Of a stretch of DNA of 64,000 bases, positions 51,750 through 64,000 are shown piece after piece. This DNA comes from Octopus bimaculoides (Eukaryota), in assembly GCF_001194135.2 (NCBI RefSeq), contig NC_068987.1, positions 36,222,931 to 36,286,930 of the forward strand. Reading direction: 5' to 3'. The translations under genes were made by a program, and so were the position numbers. The notes beneath the pieces were generated by a model, which did no database searches, was not told the origin of the DNA, and worked only from the letters and a program-made list of their open reading frames with translations. Positions within the stretch are counted from its first letter, which is position 1, and the number at the start of each line of letters is the position of its first letter.

Positions 51750-52130
51750 TGAAAGTTTCAAAATTAGAACAGAAACGAAACAGGACAAACAGAAAGAAGT
51801 AAAAGGAGAAGTCAGAGTTATTTCCCCTTAGAACATGAACTGTAAGGCTGAAACAATAGTGGCTTAGAGTCCGTGGTACAGTTGGGCAGTCCGGAGTGGA
51901 TGGCACTTTCCAATTCGTCAACGGCAACTTAGCCATATGCTGACAACCGTTGAAAATTGTGGATCTGGAATTCAGCAGTATATTAGAGTTCTTAGATCTG
52001 GAGAGGATCTGAGTTCTTTCAGCCTTGTATAGTTAAATTTTTGCTTCTTCCTGCATTCATTACCGGTTTTTCATCTTCCCACCTTACATAGCTACTTCTT
52101 TCTCAACTTTTCCCACTTTTTCTCTCATTC
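51720..52130 (-). mobile_element. PLE 3' end (GIY-YIG C-terminus + 3' UTR), related to 16005-17821
   Basis: YVRWKM...AERTQILSRSKNSNILLNSRSTIFNGCQHMAK parallels KWKII...AETVNI...RSSIFSGCEHM in the 16-kb element. Confidence 0.6.
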
Positions 52131-54178
52131 TCTCATCCCAGTTTTAGTTCGTTATGCCATGTGGGCAGTGCCTGATGATTGTGCTAGTACACCAGATGTG
52201 TTAAAACTACTACCTGGCATGCTCTCGGCGCATGCAATTAATAGAAGTACATGAAAACATATTATGCTTATCGAATAATATATATGTACATATATGTGTG
52301 TGTGTGTGTCCGTGTGCGTGTGTGTGTGTGCGTGCGTGTGTGTGTGTGTGTGCGCGCTTGGGGGTTTCAAATGTAGAGAAAACAAAAGACAAGCACAAGT
52401 GAGATAACAACAGGGGAACAAAATATATATTATCTAGTACTTCTTTCTATCACTAGACTGCAGCAATACTGCCGCAAACCTGGAATCGCTAAGATCATGG
52501 ACGTAAATACACCAACAACTGTTTTATATNNNNNNNNNNNNNNNNNNNNNNNNNNNNNNNNNNNNNNNNNNNNNNNNNNNNNNNNNNNNNNNNNNNNNNN
52601 NNNNNNNNNNNNNNNNNNNNNNNNNNNNNNNNNTATATGTATATGTATATATATATGCATATACATATATATATATATGCATAGAAATATATTGATGTAT
52701 ATATATATGTGTATATATATACATATATATGTATATATATATTTACATATATGCATATATTTATATGCATATATAAATGTGTGTGTGTGTGTGTGTGTAC
52801 GTGTGTGTGTATGTGGGTGTGTATGTGTGTATGTATGTGTATGTATATACATATGTATGCATATATATGAATATATATGTATATATATATATATACATAT
52901 ATANNNNNNNNNNNNNNNNNNNNNNNNNNNNNNNNNNNNNNNNNNNNNNNNNNNNNNNNNNNNNNNNNNNNNNNNNNNNNNNNNNNNNNNNNNNNNNNNN
53001 NNNNNNNNNNNNNNNNNNNNNNNNNNNNNNNNNNNNNNNNNNNNNNNNNNNNNNNNNNNNNNNNNNNNNNNNNNNNNNNNNNNNNNNNNNNNNNNNNNNN
53101 NNNNNNNNNNNNNNNNNNNNNNNNNNNNNNNNNNNNNNNNNNNNNNNNNNNNNNNNNNNNNNNNNNNNNNNNNNNNNNNNNNNNNNNNNNNNNNNNNNNN
53201 NNNNNNNNNNNNNNNNNNNNNNNNNNNNNNNNNNNNNNNNNNNNNNNNNNNNNNNNNNNNNNNNNNNNNNNNNNNNNNNNNNNNNNNNNNNNNNNNNNNN
53301 NNNNNNNNNNNNNNNNNNNNNNNNNNNNNNNNNNNNNNNNNNNNNNNNNNNNNNNNNNNNNNNNNNNNNNNNNNNNNNNNNNNNNNNNNNNNNNNNNNNN
53401 NNNNNNNNNNNNNNNNNNNNNNNNNNNNNNNNNNNNNNNNNNNNNNNNNNNNNNNNNNNNNNNNNNNNNNNNNNNNNNNNNNNNNNNNNNNNNNNNNNNN
53501 NNNNNNNNNNNNNNNNNNNNNNNNNNNNNNNNNNNNNNNNNNNNNNNNNNNNNNNNNNNNNNNNNNNNNNNNNNNNNNNNNNNNNNNNNNNNNNNNNNNN
53601 NNNNNNNNNNNNNNNNNNNNNNNNNNNNNNNNNNNNNNNNNNNNNNNNNNNNNNNNNNNNNNNNNNNNNNNNNNNNNNNNNNNNNNNNNNNNNNNNNNNN
53701 NNNNNNNNNNNNNNNNNNNNNNNNNNNNNNNNNNNNNNNNNNNNNNNNNNNNNNNNNNNNNNNNNNNNNNNNNNNNNNNNNNNNNNNNNNNNNNNNNNNN
53801 NNNNNNNNNNNNNNNNNNNNNNNNNNNNNNNNNNNNNNNNNNNNNNNNNNNNNNNNNNATATATATATTCATACATATCGCTTGTTGATTCGTGTATTCT
53901 ACGTGGAGAGTTTATTGGATTGTTACGCCCTTGTTACCCTGCTTCTGTATACTTTTTATTGCTACTACACGGTTATAGTGTAAAAAAAAGTATCTTCATA
54001 ACAATATTGGCAACAATATTGGCAACGAGGCTTCGAAGCTCACGCAGGTCACAAACTTTTGTGATACAAAGTAGTTAATTGTAGAAGACGTATTTGATTC
54101 TGTATTATAGTTGCAAATGCAACAGCACCAGTAACAACAGGCGTTGCACCAACAACCTCAACAGCAGCAACAGCAGAA

Positions 54179-54283
54179 AGAGTCGGACAACAGTGCTCAA
54201 TATTCGAACAACACTACGCAAGAGTCGAACAATAGTACGCGAGACTTGAGCAACAATACTCAAGAGTCTAGCAACAATACTCA
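54179..54283 (+). repeat. degenerate 21-bp minisatellite x5 after a (CAA/CAG) tract
   Basis: Units start at 54179, 54200, 54221, 54242 and 54263. Consensus roughly AGAGTCGAGCAACAATACTCA. Confidence 0.8.
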
Positions 54284-56230
54284 CACTAGCGAAATCAACT
54301 AATCAGCGAAAACATACTAAGCGAGAAGCGAAAACAGCTAAGCTAAAGTACCTGTAAGCAGCAATGAAAACAGTACTCATTTACTCATCTCGTTCGGTAC
54401 CTAGTTCTTTCAATTGTGCTTATATTTAGATTACGTAAGAGACCGATGAATTATATAACAGGATATCAAGCAAAAGCCTTCACTCATCAGTGTTGTCATG
54501 AATGTTCTGCATGAGTTCGAACACCTGGTAATTCCATAATGTATGGCATCAAACTATCAAGAAAAATAATTCATGGTTATAGATCACAAATAAAAAACCT
54601 ATCTCGTCTTTTTACTACATAAATTGCTCAGGAACTCATAGAGAAGAGGAAATAACTGGTGTAAAGAGTGAAAATGTCAAAAAGTGACAGACATAAGACA
54701 GAGGAAAACATGGGGTGAGGTGAGAGATAATTAAACTGTCTCGTCGGTAAAGTATTATCAAGAGCAGGCATAACTTAATGGATATATGAAAGCAGAGAAA
54801 TAAAGAGGGAGGGGAGAGAGGAGAGGGACAGAGAGATGGTGAGAGGAAAATGAAAAAAAAAATAGTAAAATTGTACAAAGCAAAATAAGTAGACGTTTTC
54901 GGAGAAGAAAGAAACTGTAACAGTCCACAGCAAGAAATATGTGAAAAGGATATCGTTAGGAAGAACAAAGAGACAAAACGGGACATAAATTCGTATAAAT
55001 ATACTGGACAAAATCACAGAAGGAATATTGAATTGCAACGAAGTGAAACATGTAATGTTAATGTATTTTGACAAAGGTTTTCAACTAAAGACAGGAAACA
55101 AGAATACACCCCCAATAACAAAGCATTTTTACAGAGAAGGGGAGTATGACAGTTTTAATATAAATGTACTTAATCAAATAAACTTTCCCCGTCGTTTCGA
55201 ATATTTACTGATGGGGACCATAATGTTTAGCGATGTTACCTATAGATTTGTTTGGGATCTATGTTTTTTTCATCCGCAAAATACATTTTTTAAAATACAT
55301 TCTTTTTAAAAAGATAGTAAAAAATCTGAAAATCGGTTATAATAATAAAGTTTTCCAGTCTAATTGCTATGAAGGTATGATGTTGTGGAGAAAATGATTG
55401 GAGGAAAATGTTCCAGAGTTTAAAAATCGAAAAATCTGTTTATTTATAACCAATAGCAAGACAGAAATTTTCTGCGTTAAGCGGAGCGATGTCAACTTTA
55501 AGGTTGTACCCTGTGAAATTTATAGTTTAACCTTCTCTGAAATGACCTCTTCATTGTAAGTTTATGTATAAACAGAAATCCCTAATAAAATCAACATGTA
55601 TCAACTTATTGTTTCGTTTGTCTTTTCATTTATTCGATGTTTTTATTACATTTTAAATTTGTAATATCAATATATTTGTCTGCATGTGTTTACTTTATGC
55701 TTATTATGATTACCTGTCATGTATTTCTGCACATCGTTAATATATAAGCGTGTGTGTGTGTGTGTGTATGTGAGTGAGTGTGTGTGTATGTGTGTGTGTA
55801 TGTGTGTGTGTGTGAGTGTGTGTGTGTAAAAAGGAGGCGTCTGTCTCAAAAACTTCAAAGTTGAGTAACGTTTTCTGCTTGCATTTGTAAACTACGATAA
55901 GAATAACACTGGGACCGAAGAAAATGAATATCTGTATCTTATATGTTTTTGCATGCAAAATTAAAAAATAATGTCAAATTATCTGTACTAAGTTCACATG
56001 TTCCATTCACCATCCCAATGCCAAGAAACTGTATAACCATCGCAAACAACTTTTGCTATATATGAAAAATATGTAAAACATTAAGACAATTGGCGAAAAA
56101 TATCTAGAATATAATTCTAATTGACAAATATAAATTTTTATTAAAAGAAAACACACGGGTGAAGTAAATATCGTGGTGTGAAGAGTGAAGAATCAACACA
56201 GCATACGGGTGGAACACAACACAATGTGCA

Positions 56231-56244
56231 GTTGTCATGGTAAC
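56231..56244. promoter_or_regulatory. RFX X-box-like site GTTGTCATGGTAAC
   Basis: Matches the X-box consensus GTHNYYATRRNAAC at every position. Function not shown. Confidence 0.3.
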
Positions 56245-57733
56245 AAGCTGTTAATGCCTCGCTCTCTGTTGATTAGCTAAAACTACCAAAATTTCCCAAC
56301 TTTAATTCAAAATAACATCAGATTATTTAATTTATGAGATAAAGTAATTGGTCGATCGTAATCCAAATTTAGAGTTGCATCGACACACCAAAATTGAAAG
56401 CAATCTGAGCAAAATTAAAGGGGGTTCATTTTGCGAATGAAAAATATTAGTNNNNNNNNNNNNNNNNNNNNNNNNNNNNNNNNNNNNNNNNNNNNNNNNN
56501 NNNNNNNNNNNNNNNNNNNNNNNNNNNNNNNNNNNNNNNNNNNNNNNNNNNNNNNNNNNNNNNNNNNNNNNNNNNNNNNNNNNNNNNNNNNNNNNNNNNN
56601 NNNNNNNNNNGTGTGTGTGTGTGTGTGCAATTGATGCCTGATATAGGTGTATTTACGTCGAAATATTTGTTGAAGAAAACTTTCGAAAACCTCGTGAACA
56701 ACCGTTGTTGACAGTAATATCTTGTATGCTTCTATGTGTTTATGCATGCATGCTTATGTGTATGATGTATAAACCTCCTAAACTGTTAATAACAATTCTT
56801 CTGTCATGCTTAACTTCAGAATAGATACTGTCATTCCTATTTATAAAGTAAACTCCACAATCGACTTTAAAGATTTTTTTATGTAATATTATTTCATTTT
56901 ACAAATACCCTTATTGCATACAATCTGCTATAGAATGCACTGAAGCATTAGACACATGTAAATTATTTACAAAAACTCATTCAAACGTACGTGATTAAAA
57001 TTTTATAGAAAACAGCGCCATGATTCGAAAAAATAAATGAACAAAAAATATTCTTACACGTTTGAAATGGCAATTTAGTGTCTCTACTTACACATCCATA
57101 TCTATGCCCACAGTTATATTATTCAAATTAATACAACAAACATGGAATAATTTCATTAGCATCTGTCCTGAAGCTAGCATTGCATCATTATGTTTCCAAT
57201 TAAAGTTATAAATTTACAGCTATCTTCATCACCATTACAATCAACGTGATTATCGCTATCATCGTGATAATTTTGCTATGCAATTCCCTCCTTTCCTAAC
57301 TATATCAACGTTATAACTTTTGTTGCAATATACAGGAACCAAATACAAGACCTTGCTTTGCTTTAAAGATATTCTATGGTAAATATGTGAACAACACTAA
57401 CACACACTATCTGCTTCCACCATTCACTGCAATGACATTGATGAGATGCACACAATGTTTCATTTTACAGTCATTAAACTATCAACACCTAACATATTTC
57501 ACATAGAAGACAGCAAGACTGCTTCGGTAAATATTGTTTCTTTTAGTTGTCTCTTTTCTCGCTTTCATTTATTCATTAACATTTGAAATTACTACATACG
57601 CAAATTATCAATTCCTCTTTTAATACACTCAGACATTCTGTCTTTTTCATTTACTCTCTCGTTTTCTCCCAGTGTCTCATTGCGCATGCATATATTCATT
57701 CATACACAAACACAAAAGGGCTGTTTGTGATTG

Positions 57734-57777
<44 letters not shown>

Positions 57778-58274
57778 TGTGTGCGTGTGTGTGTGTGTGT
57801 GTGTGTATGGGGGGGGGGTGCATGTGTTTATGTATGTTTATGTATGTTTGAATACAGTAACACGGATATTTTCAAAAATGAGTGGTTTCTTTGAATCCGG
57901 AATGAATTATGGAAATATATGTTAGTGAAAAAGAGAGAGAGAGACTGACATAAAATTACATCTTGCCCTATCATTCTAATTCTAAGTAGCTAGCTATATA
58001 TCTTAACATATTTCTATGGAGTGTTCGTGTGATTAGGTTAATGCAAAGAAGATGTGAAAAGCAAAACCGGAGATCAGATATTGAGTAAAAAAATGGAGTG
58101 TTTTTGGAAGCTGAAGGTCTTCGCAAACGGTTAGACTTAGTTTCGGGTATCCGGATCTCTTAGCGATGAAATTGGAATGAGAGCCTCTTTCTTTCCTTCA
58201 CTTTTTCCTGTCTTTCCTTCCATTTCTCTGCTCTCTGTATGTCAGTCTGAATGCTCAACTGTCTTTCCCGTTGT

Positions 58275-58362
58275 CTGCTTCTCTTCTCTCTCTCTCTCTC
58301 TATCTCTCTCTTTCTCTCTCTCTCTGTCTCTCTCTCTCTCTGTTTCTTTCTCTCTCTGTCTC

Positions 58363-58400
<38 letters not shown>
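58275..58400. repeat. (TC)n/(TCTG) microsatellite abutting a gap
   Basis: Directly visible. Confidence 0.95.
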
Positions 58401-59506
58401 NNNNNNNNNNNNNNNNNNNNNNNNNNNNNNNNNNNNNNNNNNNNNNNNNNNNNNNNNNNNNNNNNNNNNNNNNNNNNNNNNNNNNNNNNNNNNNNNNNNN
58501 NNNNNNNNNNNNNNNNNNNNNNNNNNNNNNNNNNNNNNNNNNNNNNNNNNNNNNNNNNNNNNNNNNNNNNNNNNNNNNNNNNNNNNNNNNNNNNNNNNNN
58601 NNNNNNNNNNNNNNNNNNNNNNNNNNNNNNNNNNNNNNNNNNNNNNNNNNNNNNNNNNNNNNNNNNNNNNNNNNNNNNNNNNNNNNNNNNNNNNNNNNNN
58701 NNNNNNNNNNNNNNNNNNNNNNNNNNNNNNNNNNNNNNNNNNNNNNNNNNNNNNNNNNNNNNNNNNTATATATAAATTAGGGTACCAAAAGTACCAGCTT
58801 TACTAGAAATAGGATTCAATATCCCTAAAGTCACAATTATTTCACTATAAATAGACACGAACGGTTAACGCAGCTAATATAAGGAAAATAGCTCCTTACC
58901 TTCGCAAAAATCACAAAGTAAAGTAGAGGTATCTTAGTATCAATTCAGTTCACCTTGTGTGCTAAAGGCACTGAAGATAATCAGATAAGCTTATTGCATA
59001 AACTATTTCTCAGAATACATTCACTAAGTTTACATTCTTGTTTACACCAACTGAGACTTAGTTATATTTGAATATGCACACAAACACTTCCGAATATACA
59101 CTCATTGACACACACTAGATAGAGAGACAAGCAGACAGAGACATAGATTTTGAATTGTGAGTAAGAATGCTCATATAAAAACGTTTTCTGAAACCGACGT
59201 TGTTTCTTCGGGACCACTCTGATTAAGAACGACTGAAAAGACAACACCCTACTAACGACACCAACTCAAACAAATGACATATACACATGGGTTTGTTATA
59301 AGGAGGCAGCAACAATAAAATCAAATTAATATCAGATTTATTTTTTAAGTGATCAGCGAAATCTGTAACTCATTTTAGTAGTAAGCAGTTTCGGCTTAAT
59401 ATCGTGTGTGTGTGTGTGTGTGTGTGTGTGNNNNNNNNNNTGTGTAAGAATGTGTGTGTGTGTGTGTGTGTGTGGGTGTGTGAGAGAGAGAGAATGTGTG
59501 CGTATT

Positions 59507-59721
59507 GCGCCGTGTGCTGGCAGTATCGTTAGCAAGGCGGGCAAAATACTTAGCAGCATTTCTTCCGTTTGCACGTTCTGAGTTCAAGTCACCCAGGTCG
59601 ACTTTGCTTTTATTCCTTTCGGGGCCGATAAATTGAATACCAATTGAACTCTGCGGTCGATGTAATATATTTCCCGCTACCCCGAAATTTCTGGCCTTGT
59701 GCCAAAATTTGAAATCAATAT
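59507..59721 (+). mobile_element. tRNA-derived SINE, full length
   Basis: Homologous to 19596-19812 (GTTAGCA...GAGTTCAAG...GGCCTTGTGCCAAAATTTGAAATC). Confidence 0.85.
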
Positions 59722-60399
59722 TGTGTGTGTGTGCGTGCGAAAGTGTAATTCGGCCAGTTGTACTGAGCACTGCGACTGAATCGACAAACAAGGAACATAA
59801 CCTTCTTCTCTAGAAATGTTTATATATAAATGTCTATATATAAATATTTGTATACTCATATACATATATGTGTGTGTGTTTGTGTGTGTGTTTGTGTGTG
59901 CATGTGTGCGTACACACACGTGTTTATGTGTTAATATAAGTGTTTGACATATAAAACAGAGTAAAACAATCAATATTGCACTGGAAGTATTTATGGCTAT
60001 ACAATCAAATATTGAGATGCCAATGGCTACGAACCGTTTACTGCAATTGATACAGCCGTAAGAAGACTTATAGAGGTTTTGAGAACATGTTATCTCTACT
60101 AAAGAATATGAAAATTGATTGTACGCTGAAGTAAATCATAGGTGAATCTTTGAGATGTAGAAGTGGAAATAAATCAATTTAACAACTTGGAGACTTATTT
60201 ACTCTTGATTTTCTGTTTCATATTGTGGAAGGTGATTTCATGAAAAACTCATAATTAATAGGAATGAATAAACAAAGAAGAGGAGTGGATTTATGTATAT
60301 GCACAAAAATATATTAACAGATAATTAGCATTATGAATTGATAGAAAGAATGAGAGAGTGTAATATTGGTATACACTTTCTTTTTTATTGTCTCTCTTT

Positions 60400-60540
60400 T
60401 TGTCTTTTATTGTCTTCTGTTGAAGAGCGTAGAGCCAAAACGTAAAATACTTTCTTTCTCGAACATCACATTAATGCACCTGCTCGTTCTTCATACACCT
60501 GTCTTCGTCTTTTGTTTTTTTCTGTAAATTTCAACTATAT
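60400..60540 (+). repeat. PLE-type terminal repeat with a decayed hammerhead
   Basis: CTGTTGA-AGAGCGTAGAGCC-AAAA-CGTA (60417-60444), followed by a T-rich tail ending in (TA)n. Confidence 0.45.
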
Positions 60541-61675
60541 ATATACAAATATATAAATAATAAAAACATGGATAAGCGTCACTACATCACAGCGGTTTAT
60601 AGCGGATTTCCTGAATAGATTAATGAGTACGTTACATCATATCTAAAAAAAAAAAGAAATCGGCTTCACCACACAATATATAAATTTCAAAACAATATAA
60701 CAGCGCTTTAGCACAGTGGGCGAATCGAACTTGATTCAAGTCGAAGCAGGCCTGGAATATATATACATATTATATTTTACTTGTTTCCTTCATCAGATGC
60801 CGGCCATACTNNNNNNNNNNNNNNNNNNNNNNNNNNNNNNNNNNNNNNNNNNNNNNNNNNNNNNNNNNNNNNNNNNNNNNNNNNNNNNNNNNNNNNNNNN
60901 NNNNNNNNNNNNNNNNNNNNNNNNNNNNNNNNNNNNNNNNNNNNNNNNNNNNNNNNNNNNNNNNNNNNNNNNNNNNNNNNNNNNNNNNNNNNNNNNNNNN
61001 NNNNNNNNNNNNNNNNNNNNNNNNNNNNNNNNNNNNNNNNNNNNNNNNNNNNNNNNNNNNNNNNNNNNNNNNNNNNNNNNNNNNNNNNNNNNNNNNNNNN
61101 NNNNNNNNNNNNNNNNNNNNNNNNNNNNNNNNNNNNNNNNNNNNNNNNNNNNNNNNNNNNNNNNNNNNNNNNNNNNNNNNNNNNNNNNNNNNNNNNNNNN
61201 NNNNNNNNNNNNNNNNNNNNNNNNNNNNNNNNNNNNNNNNNNNNNNNNNNNNNNNNNNNNNNNNNNNNNNNNNNNNNNNNNNNNNNNNNNNNNNNNNNNN
61301 NNNNNNNNNNNNNNNNNNNNNNNNNNNNNNNNNNNNNNNNNNNNNNNNNNNNNNNNNNNNNNNNNNNNNNNNNNNNNNNNNNNNNNNNNNNNNNNNNNNN
61401 NNNNNNNNNNNNNNNNNNNNNNNNNNNNNNNNNNNNNNNNNNNNNNNNNNNNNNNNNNNNNNNNNNNNNNNNNNNNNNNNNNNNNNNNNNNNNNNNNNNN
61501 NNNNNNNNNNNNNNNNNNNNNNNNNNNNNNNNNNNNNNNNNNNNNNNNNNNNNNNNNNNNNNNNNNNNNNNNNNNNNNNNNNNNNNNNNNNNNNNNNNNN
61601 NNNNNNNNNNNNNNNNNNNNNNNNNNNNNNNNNNNNNTATATATATATATATATATATATGTACATGCATGCATG

Positions 61676-61957
61676 CTCTGGTTCTCTGTCAGATACGACG
61701 GCAATAAAGGCTCCAGTTGCTAGGATCACCGAAATAGCCTACTCGTGAAATTGACGTGCAAGTGGCTGAGCACTCCAGAGACACGACCCTGAACGTAGTC
61801 CTCAAGAAGGTTCGGTGAGACACAGGGTGTGACAAGGTAAGCCCTTTGGATTGCAGGTACAACTCCTGTTTACAAGCTCAGTGTACTGGAGCATTGAGAA
61901 ATAAAATGCCTTGATCAAGGAAACAATGTGCGGCCGGAAATCGAACTCACTACCTTA
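61676..61957 (-). mobile_element. tRNA-derived SINE of a different family (V/Meta/CORE-like central box)
   Basis: Head GGTAGTGAGTTCGATTTCC (B-box-like), then TCCTTGATCAAGGCATTT...TGCTCCAGT. Confidence 0.7.
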
Positions 61958-62946
61958 CCGTCTATATATACGTATATACACAGAAGCACAGAAACACCAT
62001 ACATATATAAAAGCAATTCCCACAAGAAATTTATACATTTTCCTTCCAGCATTACCTCTATGAACATCAGTTTCCTGTTTATTTGATTTTTTTCTCCTTC
62101 AATCCAATGAATTTCACAGTCTGCTTGATATCGTTTGATATTAAGCCAATTGTTCCGTTTGTCTAGACTGCTACAGCTAATTCTGTTCTGTATCTATTTG
62201 TGTTAAGTTTATAGATTTAAGAATTTGTCATATATTTTTCTCCGTGCTACGGTATCCTTCTTGTTCTGTCTCGCAATTTAATTTGTACCAACCCCGATAA
62301 TTTTCCTAATTATACTCCTGTGTTATCGTCCTTATTTACTGCACAACATACTTGAAATTTGTATCTGTTTATTTCGGGGTTCTATTCCTTTGCTGTCTTT
62401 CACTGTACATATGTTTTCTTCTCCCTTGATATTATTTCGATTCAGACTTTGGGATAAGTTTGTTGTTTGTGTTGTGAAATTTCACCATTTTGACTCAATC
62501 TCTGCAATATCTCTTATTGAATTTTCTTCAGTTTTCTATACCTTGGTTACCTCTTCTTCTCCCTTTCTGGCTACTTTCCACTGTCTGCTTTTGTCTGTTT
62601 TTGTCTCCCAGGCTCCCCAAAACACTCACACACACACTCTCTCTTTCTCTCCCTATCTCCTCTTTCTCTCTCCCAGTCATTCTCCTTCTCTTGTAGATTA
62701 TCTCTATTCTCTTACTTCTGCACATCAGTAACATAGAATATGTTTACTTTATTTTTTAACTCACTATGAAGCTACGTAACGTTTAAATTTATCACAGCTC
62801 TGCTGATATGCGCATGCGTTATGCACCACAATGTGTATGTGTATGGAGGGATGGGTCGTATATAAATTCAATTATATGTCTGTATGTACATGTATCCATC
62901 TATCTTGCTACATGTGTGTGTGTGTGAGTATGTGTGTGTGCGCGAA

Positions 62947-62987
<41 letters not shown>

Positions 62988-64000
62988 GGGCAAACAAAAG
63001 AGAGTTCAACATTTTATTGTTCAAAACAGTGTAATTCGGATTCCGTGCTACTTCAAGTTTCGAAGCTTATAACGGAGCCTCTCCTGGGGCTTGTCAGAAT
63101 TCGAATCGGATTCAAAATTCAAATTCAGATTCTGGCCGGTCTGAGGAAGGACTTCATTTGGGTCTTCGAAACTTGGAGTAACANNNNNNNNNNNNNNNNN
63201 NNNNNNNNNNNNNNNNNNNNNNNNNNNNNNNNNNNNNNNNNNNNNNNNNNNNNNNNNNNNNNNNNNNNNNNNNNNNNNNNNNNNNNNNNNNNNNNNNNNN
63301 NNNNNNNNNNNNNNNNNNNNNNNNNNNNNNNNNNNNNNNNNNNNNNNNNNNNNNNNNNNNNNNNNNNNNNNNNNNNNNNNNNNNNNNNNNNNNNNNNNNN
63401 NNNNNNNNNNNNNNNNNNNNNNNNNNNNNNNNNNAATTCTTCATTTCATTTTATTATTTATATTATATATTCCATATTCTATATCCCACATTAATTTTAT
63501 AAGAATATAAATAAAACATAAAAAAGAGACTGGAAAATTCTAATGTCATTCAAAGACCAGGGAGAAAGATTTTAAACCTTGCTCGGATTATATTAACAAT
63601 CCTTAACTATGAGTCTAAAATCACATTTACGAACTTCCGAATTACTCACCCAATACGTTTTAAGTCGAAATTCATGTCGATAAATGTAACTTTACACACA
63701 CATATCATAACCGAAGTTTACCCTTCCAAGATGAAATTTCTAAAAGGCATAATGCATCACAACTTGATATTTCACACGACGATCTGCTTCTTTCTCATAC
63801 AAACTCTCATCACAAAAGTGTGTGTAATATTCTCGTAATTTAGGTGCAATATGAAAATCAAGACTAATATTCAGGAACGATGGTCTGGCTTGTAACAGCA
63901 ACTGAATTATTATATTTTTATATCACATTATTGTTTGGAAAGGCATGAATAACATCATATCCTGTTTCCTTAATTCATGTATGAAACGCGTCTTGAAAGC

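Noticed and set aside
54179-54283. CRISPR-like periodicity
   Set aside because: The units are contiguous with no unique spacers, there are no cas genes, and the context is eukaryotic.
55028-55309. Possible GIY-YIG remnant (NKNTPPITKHF...FNINVLNQI)
   Set aside because: Short and weak similarity with no other PLE parts adjacent; not enough to call.
60776-60810. CTGATGA-AG-GAAACAAGTA on minus, looking like a hammerhead
   Set aside because: There is no stem II, and GAAACAAGTAAAA is the ordinary SINE tail also seen at 25772-25790.
1194-62991. ORFs of YI/CV/HT/SL/RE dipeptide repeats and poly-I/poly-L
   Set aside because: They are translations of microsatellites.
5382-63494. All long ORFs in the track containing X runs (e.g. 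52430-53872, 31910-33019, 60716-61723)
   Set aside because: They are open only because N gaps contain no stop codons.

Overview
AT-rich eukaryotic (animal) genomic DNA with about 9 kb of N gaps, most of them flanked by microsatellites. The tRNA-derived SINE families and the (TA)n/(TG)n/(TATG)n density resemble an octopus draft assembly; this is an inference from recalled repeat families, not a database match. Most of the window is intron or intergenic sequence filled with decayed mobile elements. These include RTE, CR1-like and R4/Dong-like non-LTR retrotransposons, and at least two distinct Penelope-like element (PLE) lineages with remnants of minimal hammerhead ribozymes. There are also two copies of a Tc1-type transposon with DD36E spacing, a maT/DD37D-like transposon, two head-to-tail Helitrons, about ten SINE copies and two TSD-flanked foldback elements. 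The only reasonably supported host coding sequence is a pair of phase-matched minus-strand exons (5260-5002 and 4310-4076) forming the 3' end of a gene whose product I cannot identify; weaker upstream exon candidates exist. No rRNA, tRNA gene or CRISPR array was seen. All long ORFs in the supplied track that cross N runs or microsatellites are artefacts.
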